From Paramoeba atlantica (lineage: Eukaryota; Protista; Discosea): 64,000 nt of DNA. Shown piece by piece: positions 1 through 10,752 of the stretch. Numbering within the stretch: position 1 is the first letter of the stretch; each line of letters starts with the position of its first letter. The stretch covers positions 930,001-994,000 of the forward strand of contig CDRNVI010000002.1 of NCBI GenBank assembly GCA_977017575.1, given 5' to 3'. The notes under the pieces were generated by a model. That model saw only the letters and a program-made list of their open reading frames with translations, ran no database searches and was not told where the DNA came from. A program made the position numbers and the translations under genes.

Positions 1-66
1 TCATTGACTCTCATTTTTTGATGAAATGATTTGAAAAGAGTAGCAAACTTGGAATTGGTTACGAGC

Positions 67-3012
67 ATGCCTGTGAGGCGAACCTGTAGAAAACGGAGCG
101 AAGACAACAGCAAGCCGAAGGCAGAGAAGCGTCTCCGATCTGATATGGATTCATTGGATTTATCCCCGTACGTACGAGTTATTCCGTATGCTAAAACTGA
201 TGCAGTGTGCACCACTCCGGAGCTAGGAATCACGTCGTGTGAAAGTCATCAAAAAATCATCGAAAAATCTGAATCCTACTTGCGTTGCCTTTTCACGCAT
301 CCTGACACATTGCTTTACTTTCCTCCTCCCAGACCAGCAAATTTTTGGGATGACGTTTTAGAGCAAGTGTCAAAAACGGCGGAAGGCTACTTAGCGCAAA
401 TCAATGGGCAAGAAAAGATGCACTCCGCACTCTGTATATCCGCTCAGCGTCGTGTTGAGGCGTCTAAAAGGAAACCTGTGGAGCGTGCTGCTACACAGAA
501 AAGAGCTATTAATCACGTGGCACGTAACCTGTGCGAGGCCTCTAAAGAATTCTGGGCTCCACTTCGCGCTGAGGCCCAGAAACAATGTACCAAGGCCATT
601 AAAATAGTAAAAGAAAGGGAACTTCATGAAAGACAACTCAGGGCGCTGGAAGCTACTGAAGCGTTGGTTCGCACACGCAGTTCGCTTCACTTGGGTATGG
701 GTAGAACGGTTCCACCCCTAAATTTACTTGAGGAAGTATCCACTGGATTGCGAGGCTATCAGAAGGTTGGTGTTGAATGGCTTATATCCTTACATGACCA
801 ATCATTAAGTGGTATATTGGCCGATGAGATGGGTTTAGGAAAGACAATACAAACCATAGCATTTTTTGCATTTCTTGCGGAGCATCGTCAAAATTGGGGA
901 CCTCACCTCGTTGTTGTTCCTATGAGCGTGCTACTAAATTGGGAGAGTGAGTTCAAACGTTGGGCTCCGTCGCTAGAGGTGCTGAGCTACTATGGAACCA
1001 CTGCACGTCGAGCTCAGCTGCGAAAGGGGTGGAGCGGAGATTGGGCTGCGAACGTCGTACTAGTCTCGTACAACACTATTTTATCAGATCAAGCCCGGTT
1101 TCAGAGACGACGTTGGCGATATCTGGTTTTAGATGAAGCACATGGTATAAAAAATTGGGAGTCTCAACGTTGGCAAGTATTATTAAATTTGCATTCTGAA
1201 AATCGACTTCTTCTTACGGGAACTCCTTTGCAAAACAGCGCCATGGAATTATGGTCTTTGCTGTATTTCCTAATGCCAGACTCTAATATATTTGATAGCC
1301 ATGACGACTTTCAAGCGCTGTATGGCAGTTTGACTCCTCGTCCTGAGGAAATTCGAAGATTGCATGACATACTACGCCCATTTATGTTACGTCGGCTGAA
1401 AAGTGACGTCGAAAAACAGCTTCCGAGGAAATTTGAAAAGGTTATTCTATGTCCATTGTCTCAGAAGCAGCGTATGATGTACGATGATTATATGCGACTT
1501 GATGAAACGAAAGAAATGCTTGCTTCGGGCAACGCTTTAGGTATTCTAGCTGTTCTAATGGGGTTACGAAAGGTATGTAATCACCCTCGTTTATTTGCAG
1601 CGAGAACAGCAGACGTTCCATACGTAATGTCGCCTTCAGTACTTGCACAATACCGTTGCTGTTGCGAAAGACTGCACGGGATGGCGAGTACGAAGGATAT
1701 ACTCCTTCAACTGTCATCAACAAGAAATATCCTGTATCATTCTTTGTCTTGGTTGTACCAAGAAGAAGCTCATTCTCCTCCCAAGATACCAGTTGAGAGC
1801 TATGATATTAGTAAGGTAGAGGAATTAGCATGTGAAACATTACATTTTCCTTTCACGCATCCAGAACTTGAATCATATGTTGATGAATACAAATCCCGAA
1901 AAAGGCAAGAACGGGAACTACGCTCTTTAGCATCGCTGAAACGCTCTGCTGATCACTTTCGTTTGCTTAACATATGGGACGCACCTCCCCGCATGTTTTT
2001 TTCTTGCACACAAAAGGCCATGTTTGGGGATCGAAATCTTTGTAGCGTTCCCTTGATTCACGGTGATCACGACGTGGCACGCGAAATCTTCCCACTGTTA
2101 GATCAAATACCAGTTACACATAAGCGGTGCATAGCATCGAATAGTTTCGCTATGGGCTCTTCTAAAATTGTAGAAGCGGAAAAAATGAAATTTGATCCGC
2201 TGAATTGTGCACACCAATTTCGACAAGAAATTTCACGGCGACACTGCTTGGAAGACCCCGGCACTCGTGGTTTGATTTTTGAATCAGGAAAGCTCCAGGT
2301 GCTATCAATTTTGCTGCCTCAATTGCATGCCCAAGGTCACAAATGTCTCATTTTTACACAGTTTACCAAAGTGCTAGATATTCTTCAGGAATTTCTTACG
2401 GGTCTCACTCTTCCATATGTCCGGCTTGACGGAAAGACACCAGTCCGAGATAGGCATCGTTTAGTTACCCGCTTTAATAATAATTCACGCATTTTTGCTT
2501 TTATTCTTTCTACCCGAAGCGGAGGTCTCGGGCTAAACCTTACAGCTGCAGATACAGTTGTGTTTTATGACAGTGATTGGAATCCCACAGTCGATCTCCA
2601 AGCTCAAGACCGTTGTCACCGCATTGGACAAGCTCGAGATGTTACAATTTATCGTCTAGTCTCTGAACATACTGTGGAAGAACGTATTCTTCTTCGTGCG
2701 CGACAAAAGCGACGACTAAATCATCTAGTCTTGCGTACCGGCCGTTTCGATACCCTCGACCCTCAGGAGTGGTCCAGCGACTTTGGCGTAGAAGACAAAG
2801 ACTCAGCCTCAGTGTTGGATTTCTTTCAAGACTTTCCCGGAGTTGAAGACGGGATGGAGAAAGCTGAGCGAAGAACTCACTTCGAAGACTTGCTCAGGCA
2901 AGTTGAGGACATGGAAGATCAAGATATTTCAACGTCTGCGCAAATATCTTCTCCTTTTCTCGGTGTTTTGTCACGCTACGGACTACGTTTATTGTGTGAA
3001 AATAGTTTATGA
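67..3012 (+). CDS. SWR1: SWR1-family SNF2 chromatin-remodelling ATPase (split ATPase)
   Basis: Motifs GILADEMGLGKT, VVVPMSVLLNWESEFKRW, DEAHGIKN, LLTGTPLQN, LRKVCNHP, long insertion, AQDRCHRIGQ. First ATG at 67. Confidence 0.9.
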   Translation: MPVRRTCRKRSEDNSKPKAEKRLRSDMDSLDLSPYVRVIPYAKTDAVCTTPELGITSCESHQKIIEKSESYLRCLFTHPDTLLYFPPPRPANFWDDVLEQVSKTAEGYLAQINGQEKMHSALCISAQRRVEASKRKPVERAATQKRAINHVARNLCEASKEFWAPLRAEAQKQCTKAIKIVKERELHERQLRALEATEALVRTRSSLHLGMGRTVPPLNLLEEVSTGLRGYQKVGVEWLISLHDQSLSGILADEMGLGKTIQTIAFFAFLAEHRQNWGPHLVVVPMSVLLNWESEFKRWAPSLEVLSYYGTTARRAQLRKGWSGDWAANVVLVSYNTILSDQARFQRRRWRYLVLDEAHGIKNWESQRWQVLLNLHSENRLLLTGTPLQNSAMELWSLLYFLMPDSNIFDSHDDFQALYGSLTPRPEEIRRLHDILRPFMLRRLKSDVEKQLPRKFEKVILCPLSQKQRMMYDDYMRLDETKEMLASGNALGILAVLMGLRKVCNHPRLFAARTADVPYVMSPSVLAQYRCCCERLHGMASTKDILLQLSSTRNILYHSLSWLYQEEAHSPPKIPVESYDISKVEELACETLHFPFTHPELESYVDEYKSRKRQERELRSLASLKRSADHFRLLNIWDAPPRMFFSCTQKAMFGDRNLCSVPLIHGDHDVAREIFPLLDQIPVTHKRCIASNSFAMGSSKIVEAEKMKFDPLNCAHQFRQEISRRHCLEDPGTRGLIFESGKLQVLSILLPQLHAQGHKCLIFTQFTKVLDILQEFLTGLTLPYVRLDGKTPVRDRHRLVTRFNNNSRIFAFILSTRSGGLGLNLTAADTVVFYDSDWNPTVDLQAQDRCHRIGQARDVTIYRLVSEHTVEERILLRARQKRRLNHLVLRTGRFDTLDPQEWSSDFGVEDKDSASVLDFFQDFPGVEDGMEKAERRTHFEDLLRQVEDMEDQDISTSAQISSPFLGVLSRYGLRLLCENSL

Positions 3013-3279
3013 AAAGGCGTTGATTAAAGAAGTTCGTGCAGCCTTCATTGCACAGAGGTTTCAGTTGATATTCGCTCCGTAAAAAATCGAATGTTTTCCT
3101 CGGTTTTGCTTATTTTAAACTTCTTACTTCTGTGGGTAGTATGTTTTGCGCAGGGGCGAAAGATGTAAAAAAAATCTCTTTATCTCTAGAGACAGCGTAT
3201 GTAGAAATCTTCAAAAGTGTATTACAAGTATATTACAGGTTAAAAGGGTATTTTAGTTCATATAATTTCGCCTTTGAGC

Positions 3280-4059
3280 ATGTCGCTTTATTGTCATTAT
3301 GTGACATTCAGCGACAGCACTATCAGCCGTTCACGTTTAGGGAAAGCCAGGGCATCACTTCCGCAGGAATACAACCTCGCGCGATGCATACAAGGTATTG
3401 AGAATCCCAGAGATTCGTGGAACGTTAATACAACAGCTTGCAGTTGGGAAGGTATCGCCTGTGATGAAAATCAGAAAGTAGACAAATTCCGTTTTTGGGG
3501 GTGGCAAATACGAGGTTATTTGGAGTGGGCTTATTTACCAGAGACGTTAAAGGTCGTGGACGTCAGTGACAATAAATTGTTGGGACCGCTGTGCATTGAA
3601 CAGCTTCCACGCGCGCTGACTCGACTATCTGCTTACATTAATTTGTTGTCTGGTAGCCTTAATCTGTGCGAATTTCCTAATACAATGCTCTCTGCTTTTC
3701 TTTACAGAAATAATTTTTCAGAATCCATTGACTTACGTTGTCTCCCTCAAGGCATGCAGTGGTTATCCATAAGGTCTAATTTTCTCACAGGAATGCTCAA
3801 TTTAACTGAGTTGCCGGTCACAATGTACGACATTAACGTTTCAACCAATTTCTTTCATGGTGCAGTTACCTTAGATTGCTTACCACTCAGCATGGAACAC
3901 ATTGATTTGTCAAACAACCCTGATCTGACAGGAGTGTGTAATCCTTCCCTGCTACCGACGAATTTGCGTCATAAACGTGTCGGGTGGTTTCGGTTTGTTT
4001 ATACTGTTGACGATACAGCCGTCCTTTTTGAGAACACTGAAATCAAAGTGGTCGAATAG
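3280..4059 (+). CDS. Short LRR protein, dispersed family copy 1
   Basis: N-cap SW...ACSWEGIAC, then repeats of LPxxLxxLxLxxNxLxGxLxLxx. ATG at 3280. Confidence 0.85.
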   Translation: MSLYCHYVTFSDSTISRSRLGKARASLPQEYNLARCIQGIENPRDSWNVNTTACSWEGIACDENQKVDKFRFWGWQIRGYLEWAYLPETLKVVDVSDNKLLGPLCIEQLPRALTRLSAYINLLSGSLNLCEFPNTMLSAFLYRNNFSESIDLRCLPQGMQWLSIRSNFLTGMLNLTELPVTMYDINVSTNFFHGAVTLDCLPLSMEHIDLSNNPDLTGVCNPSLLPTNLRHKRVGWFRFVYTVDDTAVLFENTEIKVVE

Positions 4060-4302
4060 TTTGCAAGTATCACACAAGATTTCTAAGCGGTGAAACTTTC
4101 GGCATTGAAGTGGTGTGGTACTTACCCCCTAGTAATAGACCGGTGGATTATCATCCAGCGCACCATTTTTTCTAGATTATCATATCCAGTGCACCAAAAG
4201 TCTATTTTTGGAAATTCGTTGCTAGTTCTATTCTATCAATATTTATATTGTATACTCTAATTGTTCTTTTCTTTATTCCTCATGTCAAAATATCAGGGCC
4301 GG

Positions 4303-4431
4303 GCAAAGGGACAGAGTCACCATTCAAGAGATGTTTGAGGCAGGCGCAACACGGCGTGAGATCGTCACGGTAAATCCCGTAGCACCATTAGCCATGGGCT
4401 GGCCCGTAACAAGAAACGGGGTCGGCGTTAA
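4303..4431 (+). pseudogene. Frameshifted transposase-type helix-turn-helix relic
   Basis: Manual translation across one frameshift gives QRDRVTIQEMFEAGATRREIV(x)TGKSRSTISHGLARNKKRGRR, resembling Tc1/IS30-type N-terminal HTH domains. Confidence 0.5.
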
Positions 4432-5389
4432 GAGGCCAGCCGCGCACACAGAGTGTCAAAGCGTCGCCTGGTAAGTAAGGGTGTGCGTCCCTGCCTTATC
4501 CGTGGGCCTGTGGAACGAGACAGAATTTTCGAACATGAAAGAGTGAATAAAAAGTTCGTTGCAATTCATATTTTTGCGCTCCGTACCATTCATGGGAAAA
4601 GGGGGCGGTGGAAAACATGAATGGTCTAATTCATCAACACCGCAAGGCGACCGACTCATTTGATTCTCTCAGCCTCACGGAGGTCACCAAGACAGCAAGA
4701 AAGTTGAACAAGCGGCCGAGGAAGGTTTTGTGGTGGGAATGTCCGAAGAATATCAAAAACCTGTTTGTTAAAGTTTGAAGAGTGACGTTATGTAGGTAAG
4801 TAGAAAGTAATAGTATAAAAGTAGAGTATTGAGGGAGATACGGTGAGTAACTAACTCGCTTACTAAGGTTAATTCCACGAGCCCAAAATCGGCATAAAAC
4901 GAGCACAAAAACGATTTTTTCAAAATTTTAAAAACAGAGGTATGGCTCATCATCAATCTCTGTAATTCTCCAAAAATGAAAAAAATCGAGTACAGTCCGC
5001 CGTTTTTAGAACGCTTTTACCGAAAACGAGACTCGGAATGCGGCTCAGAAACGGACATTTCAAATCCGAAAAAAACACGAAGATGCTTGATTATGTTCCC
5101 AAAATTGACAGACTACAGCTGTATCAAAGCTTGGGGAATATTTTTGAGCTCCTAAACTAACTTCCAGGACTATCTTTTTCTTTTTGAAACTCATTTCACT
5201 CGCCGACGGCATGACAAATGAACGAAAAAAAAGTATAATTTTTTCGGCCCTGAAAAAGTGGCCAGCTGGCCACCACCTGGAAAAATGGCCAGCTGACTAC
5301 CAAAAAATACAGTTTGCATTTCGTATACGTAAGATGAATGGCGACGTCCAAAAAAAGTCGCAAGCTCGCCAACTCCTGCACGAAAGGAC

Positions 5390-5765
5390 AGCTGGCCACT
5401 TTTTCAGTGGGTGGCCAGGTGGCCACTTTTTCACAGGGCGACCAGGGGGCCACTTTTTCTTAGGGTGGCCAGGTGGCCCCTTTTTCAGAGGGCGACCAGG
5501 TGGCCACTTTTTCAGTGGGTGGCCAGGTGGCCACTTTTTCTTAGGGTGGCCAAGTGGCCACTTTTTCAGGGGGTGGCTAGCTGGCCACTTTTTCAGGGGG
5601 CGGCCAGGTGGCTACTCTTTCAGTCGGTGGCCTGCTGGGTACTTTTTCAGGGGGTCGTCATCCGGCCACTTGTTTAGGGTGTGGCCAGCTGACCACTTTT
5701 TCAGAGGGTGGCCAGGTGGCCACCTTTTCTTAGGGTGGCCAGGTGTCCACTCTTTCACAGGGCGA
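5390..5765. repeat. 27-bp tandem array (~14 copies), consensus GGTGGCCACTTTTTCAGGGGGTGGCCA
   Basis: Directly visible. Explains the GGHFFxGWP peptide repeat in ORF 5184-5963. Inverted partial copies at ~5254-5295. Confidence 0.9.
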
Positions 5766-6072
5766 CCAATCCAAAAAAATCCAAATCATTCCGGATTGCT
5801 CCGGATGGGCACAGGCAAGCCAGACCCTTCACCGACAGATTTGGAAGTTCCGAGGCCGACGTCCTCTACTAGTTTCCGCTTGTCCAAATCGGCACCAACG
5901 TGCTGTTGCCAACATGCTGCGTCGACGAACTGTACGTCAACACGGCTTACCCAAGAGGTGTAAGCCGGGTAAGGGAGCTGGTTTCCTGAGGGGAGGGTCC
6001 GGGACGGTCCTCCGAGTACTGGTCCTAGTCGGTTCTCAGCCCAGCCTCTTAGAGTGAGGCCGCCGGGAATAT

Positions 6073-6151
6073 TGCGATGAGCGGGTTTGAACTCGCCGTC
6101 TGAGCACCATGTGCTTCAAACTTTGAATTCTTGCCATTCCGCCACCTCCGC
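6073..6151 (-). pseudogene. tRNA-like relic (Leu-CAA-like or tRNA-derived SINE head)
   Basis: Reverse complement starts GCGGAGG then TGGCGGAATGG (A-box at position 8), has an AGCAC/GTGCT hairpin, a GTTCAAACC B-box and a partly pairing acceptor stem. D and anticodon arms are degenerate. Confidence 0.4.
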
Positions 6152-6646
6152 GGTCCCAATCACCACGGTCCCAATCACCAAAATCAACATTTCCAAGCAA
6201 AAATTCGAATCCACGAAAACGGAAATGGAGAGCGGTCGGGGGACAAAAAATACATTTATGCGACCCCAACAAGGGGGCATCCGCCATTACTCCAAAACAT
6301 CCCCGAGGCTCTACAAAGAAGCAATCTGCTTCATCTCACAAACACAGCTTGAATTCAGACCTCGCGAACCAGTGGCCCACTGTTAAGCAACTTCGTACGT
6401 AAGCCGTTTCGTTGTCGCGTTCGGTCGTTGCGGTGATTGGTCAGAAAATAACCCATTTCAACTCGTCCACCACGTAAAACGCTGAAATGCGCAGGGGAAT
6501 TGCCAAACTCGTCTTCCGCACGCAATTGCGTTGCTGAAACAGGGTCCAGCAAACAGGCACCGTCAGGGATATGCTTTACGAGAGAGGCTTGATCGTCCCT
6601 GCGTTGTTCTGTGTCGAAATCTTGGCGTGCTTTCAAACTTGTGCGT

Positions 6647-6785
6647 TCAGTGGGCGACCAGGTGGAACTTTTTCGCCACTTTTTCACAGGGCGACCAGGT
6701 GGCCATTTTTTCAGGGGGTGATCTGGCCACTTTTTAGGGTGTGGCCAGATGGCCCCTTTTTCGGAGGGTGGCCAGGTGGCTATTT
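6647..6785. repeat. Second 27-bp array (~5 copies), same orientation as 5390-5765
   Basis: Same GGTGGCC...TTTTTCAG..GGTGGCCA unit. Confidence 0.85.
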
Positions 6786-6873
6786 TTTACTGATTGATAA
6801 GACGAAAGTGTTTTACGAAGTTTAAGACGAGACTGATTGATTTTACTGATTGATAAGACAAAACTGTTTTTGT

Positions 6874-7099
6874 AGAATCCAGGTATAAAGGGAATTCAAG
6901 TATAAAAGGCGAGTGAGATACGAAGCAACAGATGTAGCAGATTCCCACTGAAAAGAAATCGTATCTCCCTGCACGAATTTGGCTCCAAGCTAGCAAGCGC
7001 ATAGGCATTTCTCGTGCAGGGAGAGACGATTTCTTTTCAGTGGGAATCTGCTACATCTGTTGCTTCGTATCTCCCTCGCCCCTTTATACCTGGATTTCT
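6874..7099. repeat. Long inverted repeat / foldback
   Basis: 6908-6976 is the reverse complement of 7012-7080 with about 2 mismatches and a ~35-nt loop. Outer arms AATCCAGGTATAAAGG / CCTTTATACCTGGATT. Confidence 0.9.
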
Positions 7100-8001
7100 G
7101 AAAGGTCCAGACTACTGCTTTGTTTCTCACCAATATGCTTGTTTAATGCTGCTTTATCATTTTTGATTTTCCAAGTCATTTTTTCTGATGTCTAATGCCA
7201 GTTTCATGTAGAAATTTATACCAATCATTTTGTTATCCAATAAAGTCCATTTTTTTATAAATATTCTTGGTGCACTGGATATGAAAAAATGTTTGACACC
7301 TGTGAACGGGCTTCTTTTTCATCTTTTTTGGTGCACTGGATACGCGAAAATGTTGGTGCACTGGATATGATAATCCGTGACCCCTAGTAACGAGGATTTG
7401 ACCCTTTTTGGGCCGACCCCCAGTAACAATGATTTGGGTTGGGAGCGTGGTTGGACGGGCACGGATGGCGTATATATACAGTTGTAGTTGCCTGGTTGAC
7501 ATACCTGTAGTATGTTTTGCCTTATCGTGAACAAGGGTAGGTGACATATCTTCCCCCCTGGAGTTTCGGCAATTAGGGTAAAAGAAAATTTTGCTGTCGT
7601 TTATTGTGCTGCTGTTTCTTATTTCATTTTTTCCTGTTTTTCTACATACAAACTCAGGACTTCGTTTCTATACAGCGGGATATGCAGCAGAAAAGTCATG
7701 TAAACTTGAAAAAATGAACTTCATTTTTTTGATAAATTGAAGTGCCAATTTTCACCACAGTTTTAACTAAAATCACATGATGATTGCTCTTGTAGTGATT
7801 CGTTGAAATGATACAACTTAACCCACAATTCGCTGAATGTATGAAGGTCTCTCATAGTTGGATAATGCATAATTTTCCTTTAGACGATGGTTCTCATAAA
7901 TTTTACGTGTGTACGTGTGTGCGTATCTGATACAATTTCTTTAAATTATACACACTTCGAACTATTCAATAAAAAAGTCTTTCATAAAAGACCCGAATTG
8001 T

Positions 8002-9657
8002 ATGCAACTGTCCCACCTATGGGACAATTTGAGTTTACTTGCGGACTACACGTTGAATCGTTTGGATTTTTCAAGCGGGGCGAATGACATAGTTGTCATA
8101 CAGGATACACGAGGTCATCTTCGTTCCACTCCATTTCACATTCGCTTTGGAAGGTGGAAACGTTTTGGGTCACAATCTAAAAGAGTGAGTATTGAAATAA
8201 ATGGTTCACCAGTGGATATGTCTCTTTATCTTGGTGAGGATGGATATTGTTACTGGCTTTCACCGGACTCTTCAGTTATTGATAACAATGAAGATCCTAT
8301 TTTTGGGATACCTGTACTTGGTAGTCCGCGCGGCATAGAAACCTACGAGAGTGGGTGGAACAATAAAGCAAGAAAATCTTTGTTTCCTACTGAGTGTGTT
8401 TTACGCGAACTTGCTCCTCATGAAGGCAAAAATGTAATTCGATTTTTGTTAGATCGTGACTCGAATACTTGTCGTGATATCACTGCCAATATTTTTCGGT
8501 GGAGAGAAGACGCCCAACTTGTTATCAGTGACATTGACGGTACGATCACTAGAAGTGACATTTTGGGGCATATTCTTTCAGGGGTCGGTAAGGATTGGAC
8601 TCGGCAAGGGACGTGTGCATTTTACCAGCGTGTTGCTCGCAATGGATATCATTTTATTTATCTCACTTCACAAACCTTGGGTCAGCAAGAACAAACGAGA
8701 AAATTTTTGACGAACGTTAGACAAGGAGATCGCGGCCTTCCCGATGGGCCTGTTGTCGTAGCACCGGATCTTTTCTTTTCCGGGTTTCAACGAGAAGTGT
8801 ATCATCGGCCTTACGAGTCAAAAATAGCTCTACTTCAATCACTTGGCCGGTGCTTTCCCAAAGGTTGTCATCCTTTTTCCGCCGCGTTCGGCAATACAGT
8901 TAGTGATGTGGTTGCCTATACATCTGTGGGGATACCTTCATCACGCATTTTGATTTTAACGAAATGGGGAACAGTCTTATTAGGAGGTGTTGAGTCTTCA
9001 TATGTCGATTTAAACGAATTGGTTGAATTGCTTTTTCCTCCACTAGTAGCTGATAGTCGTTGTATCGGCTCGCCATTTTTTAATTCGTACCACTATTGGC
9101 GAATGCATTTGTCGTCAGCATGTGCATCGGAGTTTTTGAAATTAGATACGAATGAAACAGTGCAAGAAGGTTCTAACAAACTTTTTTCTAGTACAGATTG
9201 TCTCCCCGGTACCTACCTATTGCGCAATGCGCACTGCGACGGCTTTATGGCTTTGCACCAAGCAGAGTCTTCCCAAGAAATATCAGCCATCGTTGTGAGT
9301 GCAAACACAGCATCGAAATCGGGCCTTGTGAAAGCGGCATGTCTGTGGTATCTTCAAAAATGTTCAGAAGACTCATCATTGCCCCGTCATTATCTAATAA
9401 ACTGTATAAGCCGACATAAGCTTTCCCTCTCTTCACACGATGGGCTAGTAGGAGACTTTCCGGAGCAGCCATCATTGAAGTATCATGTAGAGCATTTCTC
9501 AGACCGCAAGGCACTTCGTTTTTTGGATGCCAAAGGAAATGCCCTCGCAGTTGACAAAACAATGTGTGTTGTGCAAAAATCTCTAAATGAATTGTATCAT
9601 CCAGATGCGGCTTTGTGGGCGTTGGTTCCAATCACAGTGGACGAAGGCAGCGCTTAA
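8002..9657 (+). CDS. PAH1: Lipin-type phosphatidate phosphatase with C-terminal beta-trefoil-like extension
   Basis: N-LIP SGANDIVV...STPFHIRFG, intact HAD motif DIDGT, DWTRQG, AAFGNTVSDV. Confidence 0.9.
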   Translation: MQLSHLWDNLSLLADYTLNRLDFSSGANDIVVIQDTRGHLRSTPFHIRFGRWKRFGSQSKRVSIEINGSPVDMSLYLGEDGYCYWLSPDSSVIDNNEDPIFGIPVLGSPRGIETYESGWNNKARKSLFPTECVLRELAPHEGKNVIRFLLDRDSNTCRDITANIFRWREDAQLVISDIDGTITRSDILGHILSGVGKDWTRQGTCAFYQRVARNGYHFIYLTSQTLGQQEQTRKFLTNVRQGDRGLPDGPVVVAPDLFFSGFQREVYHRPYESKIALLQSLGRCFPKGCHPFSAAFGNTVSDVVAYTSVGIPSSRILILTKWGTVLLGGVESSYVDLNELVELLFPPLVADSRCIGSPFFNSYHYWRMHLSSACASEFLKLDTNETVQEGSNKLFSSTDCLPGTYLLRNAHCDGFMALHQAESSQEISAIVVSANTASKSGLVKAACLWYLQKCSEDSSLPRHYLINCISRHKLSLSSHDGLVGDFPEQPSLKYHVEHFSDRKALRFLDAKGNALAVDKTMCVVQKSLNELYHPDAALWALVPITVDEGSA

Positions 9658-9818
9658 GTGAACAGGAAATACGCCTTTCTTTTCTTACATTACTCGAAAG
9701 TACATCGAGCACGGTAGATGTAACTTTTGTAGACCTTTTTAGAACAAGCTTAAAGTTATTTTTCTATCATACCAGCGATTTTAATTTAGATTTTTAGTGT
9801 ATTTTATCTTGATTTGTT

Positions 9819-10442
9819 ATGAGCAATTCTTCATTGGAAGAAACGACTGCGAGTATTACTCACTTAAATCTCTCTAGAGAAAGCACACCGGGTGAGGTAT
9901 CCCACACAGAATATTCTCCTATAAAAGACTACGAGAACGGGGAAGGGTTTCATGTTTCAGAGTTTAAGAGCTCTAAAGTAGAGCCTGAAACTAGAATCCA
10001 AACAAGTAGCCCTCTCTCCGTTAAAGGATCGGAAACTCCAACTCATGCGACAAAAACGAAAGCTGACTTTCTGTCTGATTTTGAAAAATCCACTCAACAG
10101 CGTTTGGCGCAGCAGGCCTCGGCTGAGCAAGCTCAACTATTACATCAGGAGGAGCAGGCACGAATATATCTGCTGAAGCACGAGGAGGATCGAAAGGCAC
10201 TGACTGCCCAGCGTCGTGCGATGCATGAGTCTGCGGGTTGCTATGACACGCCATGTGATCCCACGCCTGCTCAAACGGGAACGCCTACCTGGGAGAGGGT
10301 GTCCCAATTAATTGATTTTGGGAAGCTGAAAAGTCGAGAAAATGTGAACGCACGTCGCATGGAACAAATCTTGCGTTCGCTGACGAAACCAGGAAAAGGG
10401 ACCTCCCCGACGCACTCTTCTCCTACCAGCCCGACACGTTAA
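9819..10442 (+). CDS. CLC: Clathrin light chain
   Basis: Acidic N-terminus, central helical region, C-terminal WERVSQLIDF...RRMEQILRSL. Confidence 0.7.
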   Translation: MSNSSLEETTASITHLNLSRESTPGEVSHTEYSPIKDYENGEGFHVSEFKSSKVEPETRIQTSSPLSVKGSETPTHATKTKADFLSDFEKSTQQRLAQQASAEQAQLLHQEEQARIYLLKHEEDRKALTAQRRAMHESAGCYDTPCDPTPAQTGTPTWERVSQLIDFGKLKSRENVNARRMEQILRSLTKPGKGTSPTHSSPTSPTR

Positions 10443-10752
10443 GCTGTACATTGGCATAGTTTGTGATCGCTTGAACTTCTATTCTGACTTTCTATAAATT
10501 CCCTATTTTTTATGTAATTTTTCCTCTGCACGCTTCGTTCTGGAAAAACAGAAGCGTTCTCTTATACAACCTCATTCTCCATTCGACAGCCTTCATACCC
10601 AACTCAAACCTCATCCATTCTTGTCCAATACCCGTACCTCTTTTCAACTCGTTTCAACACACAAAACCAAACCATTTCCCTCCCTCTCCTCTTTCCCTTC
10701 CTCTTTTATACTCTCTTCCTCCCCCACCCCCACCCCCCCTCTCCCCTCCCCC

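Larger units (their letters stand above)
4142..7382. mobile_element. Decayed composite TIR element
   Basis: GGATTATCAT(AT)CCAG(C/T)GCACCA at ~4145 and ~4185 is inverted relative to TGGTGCACTGGATA at ~7269, ~7329 and ~7353. Encloses an HTH relic, 27-bp arrays and a long hairpin. TSD not clearly resolved. Confidence 0.6.

Noticed and set aside
4826-4845. Short match to the reconstructed empty site of the 43944-45720 element
   Set aside because: 16 of 18 identity is expected by chance in an all-versus-all comparison of 64 kb.
5184-5963. 259-aa GGHFFxGWP repeat protein
   Set aside because: An open frame is expected from a 27-bp stop-free unit; other frames are open too and there is no in-frame evidence of selection.
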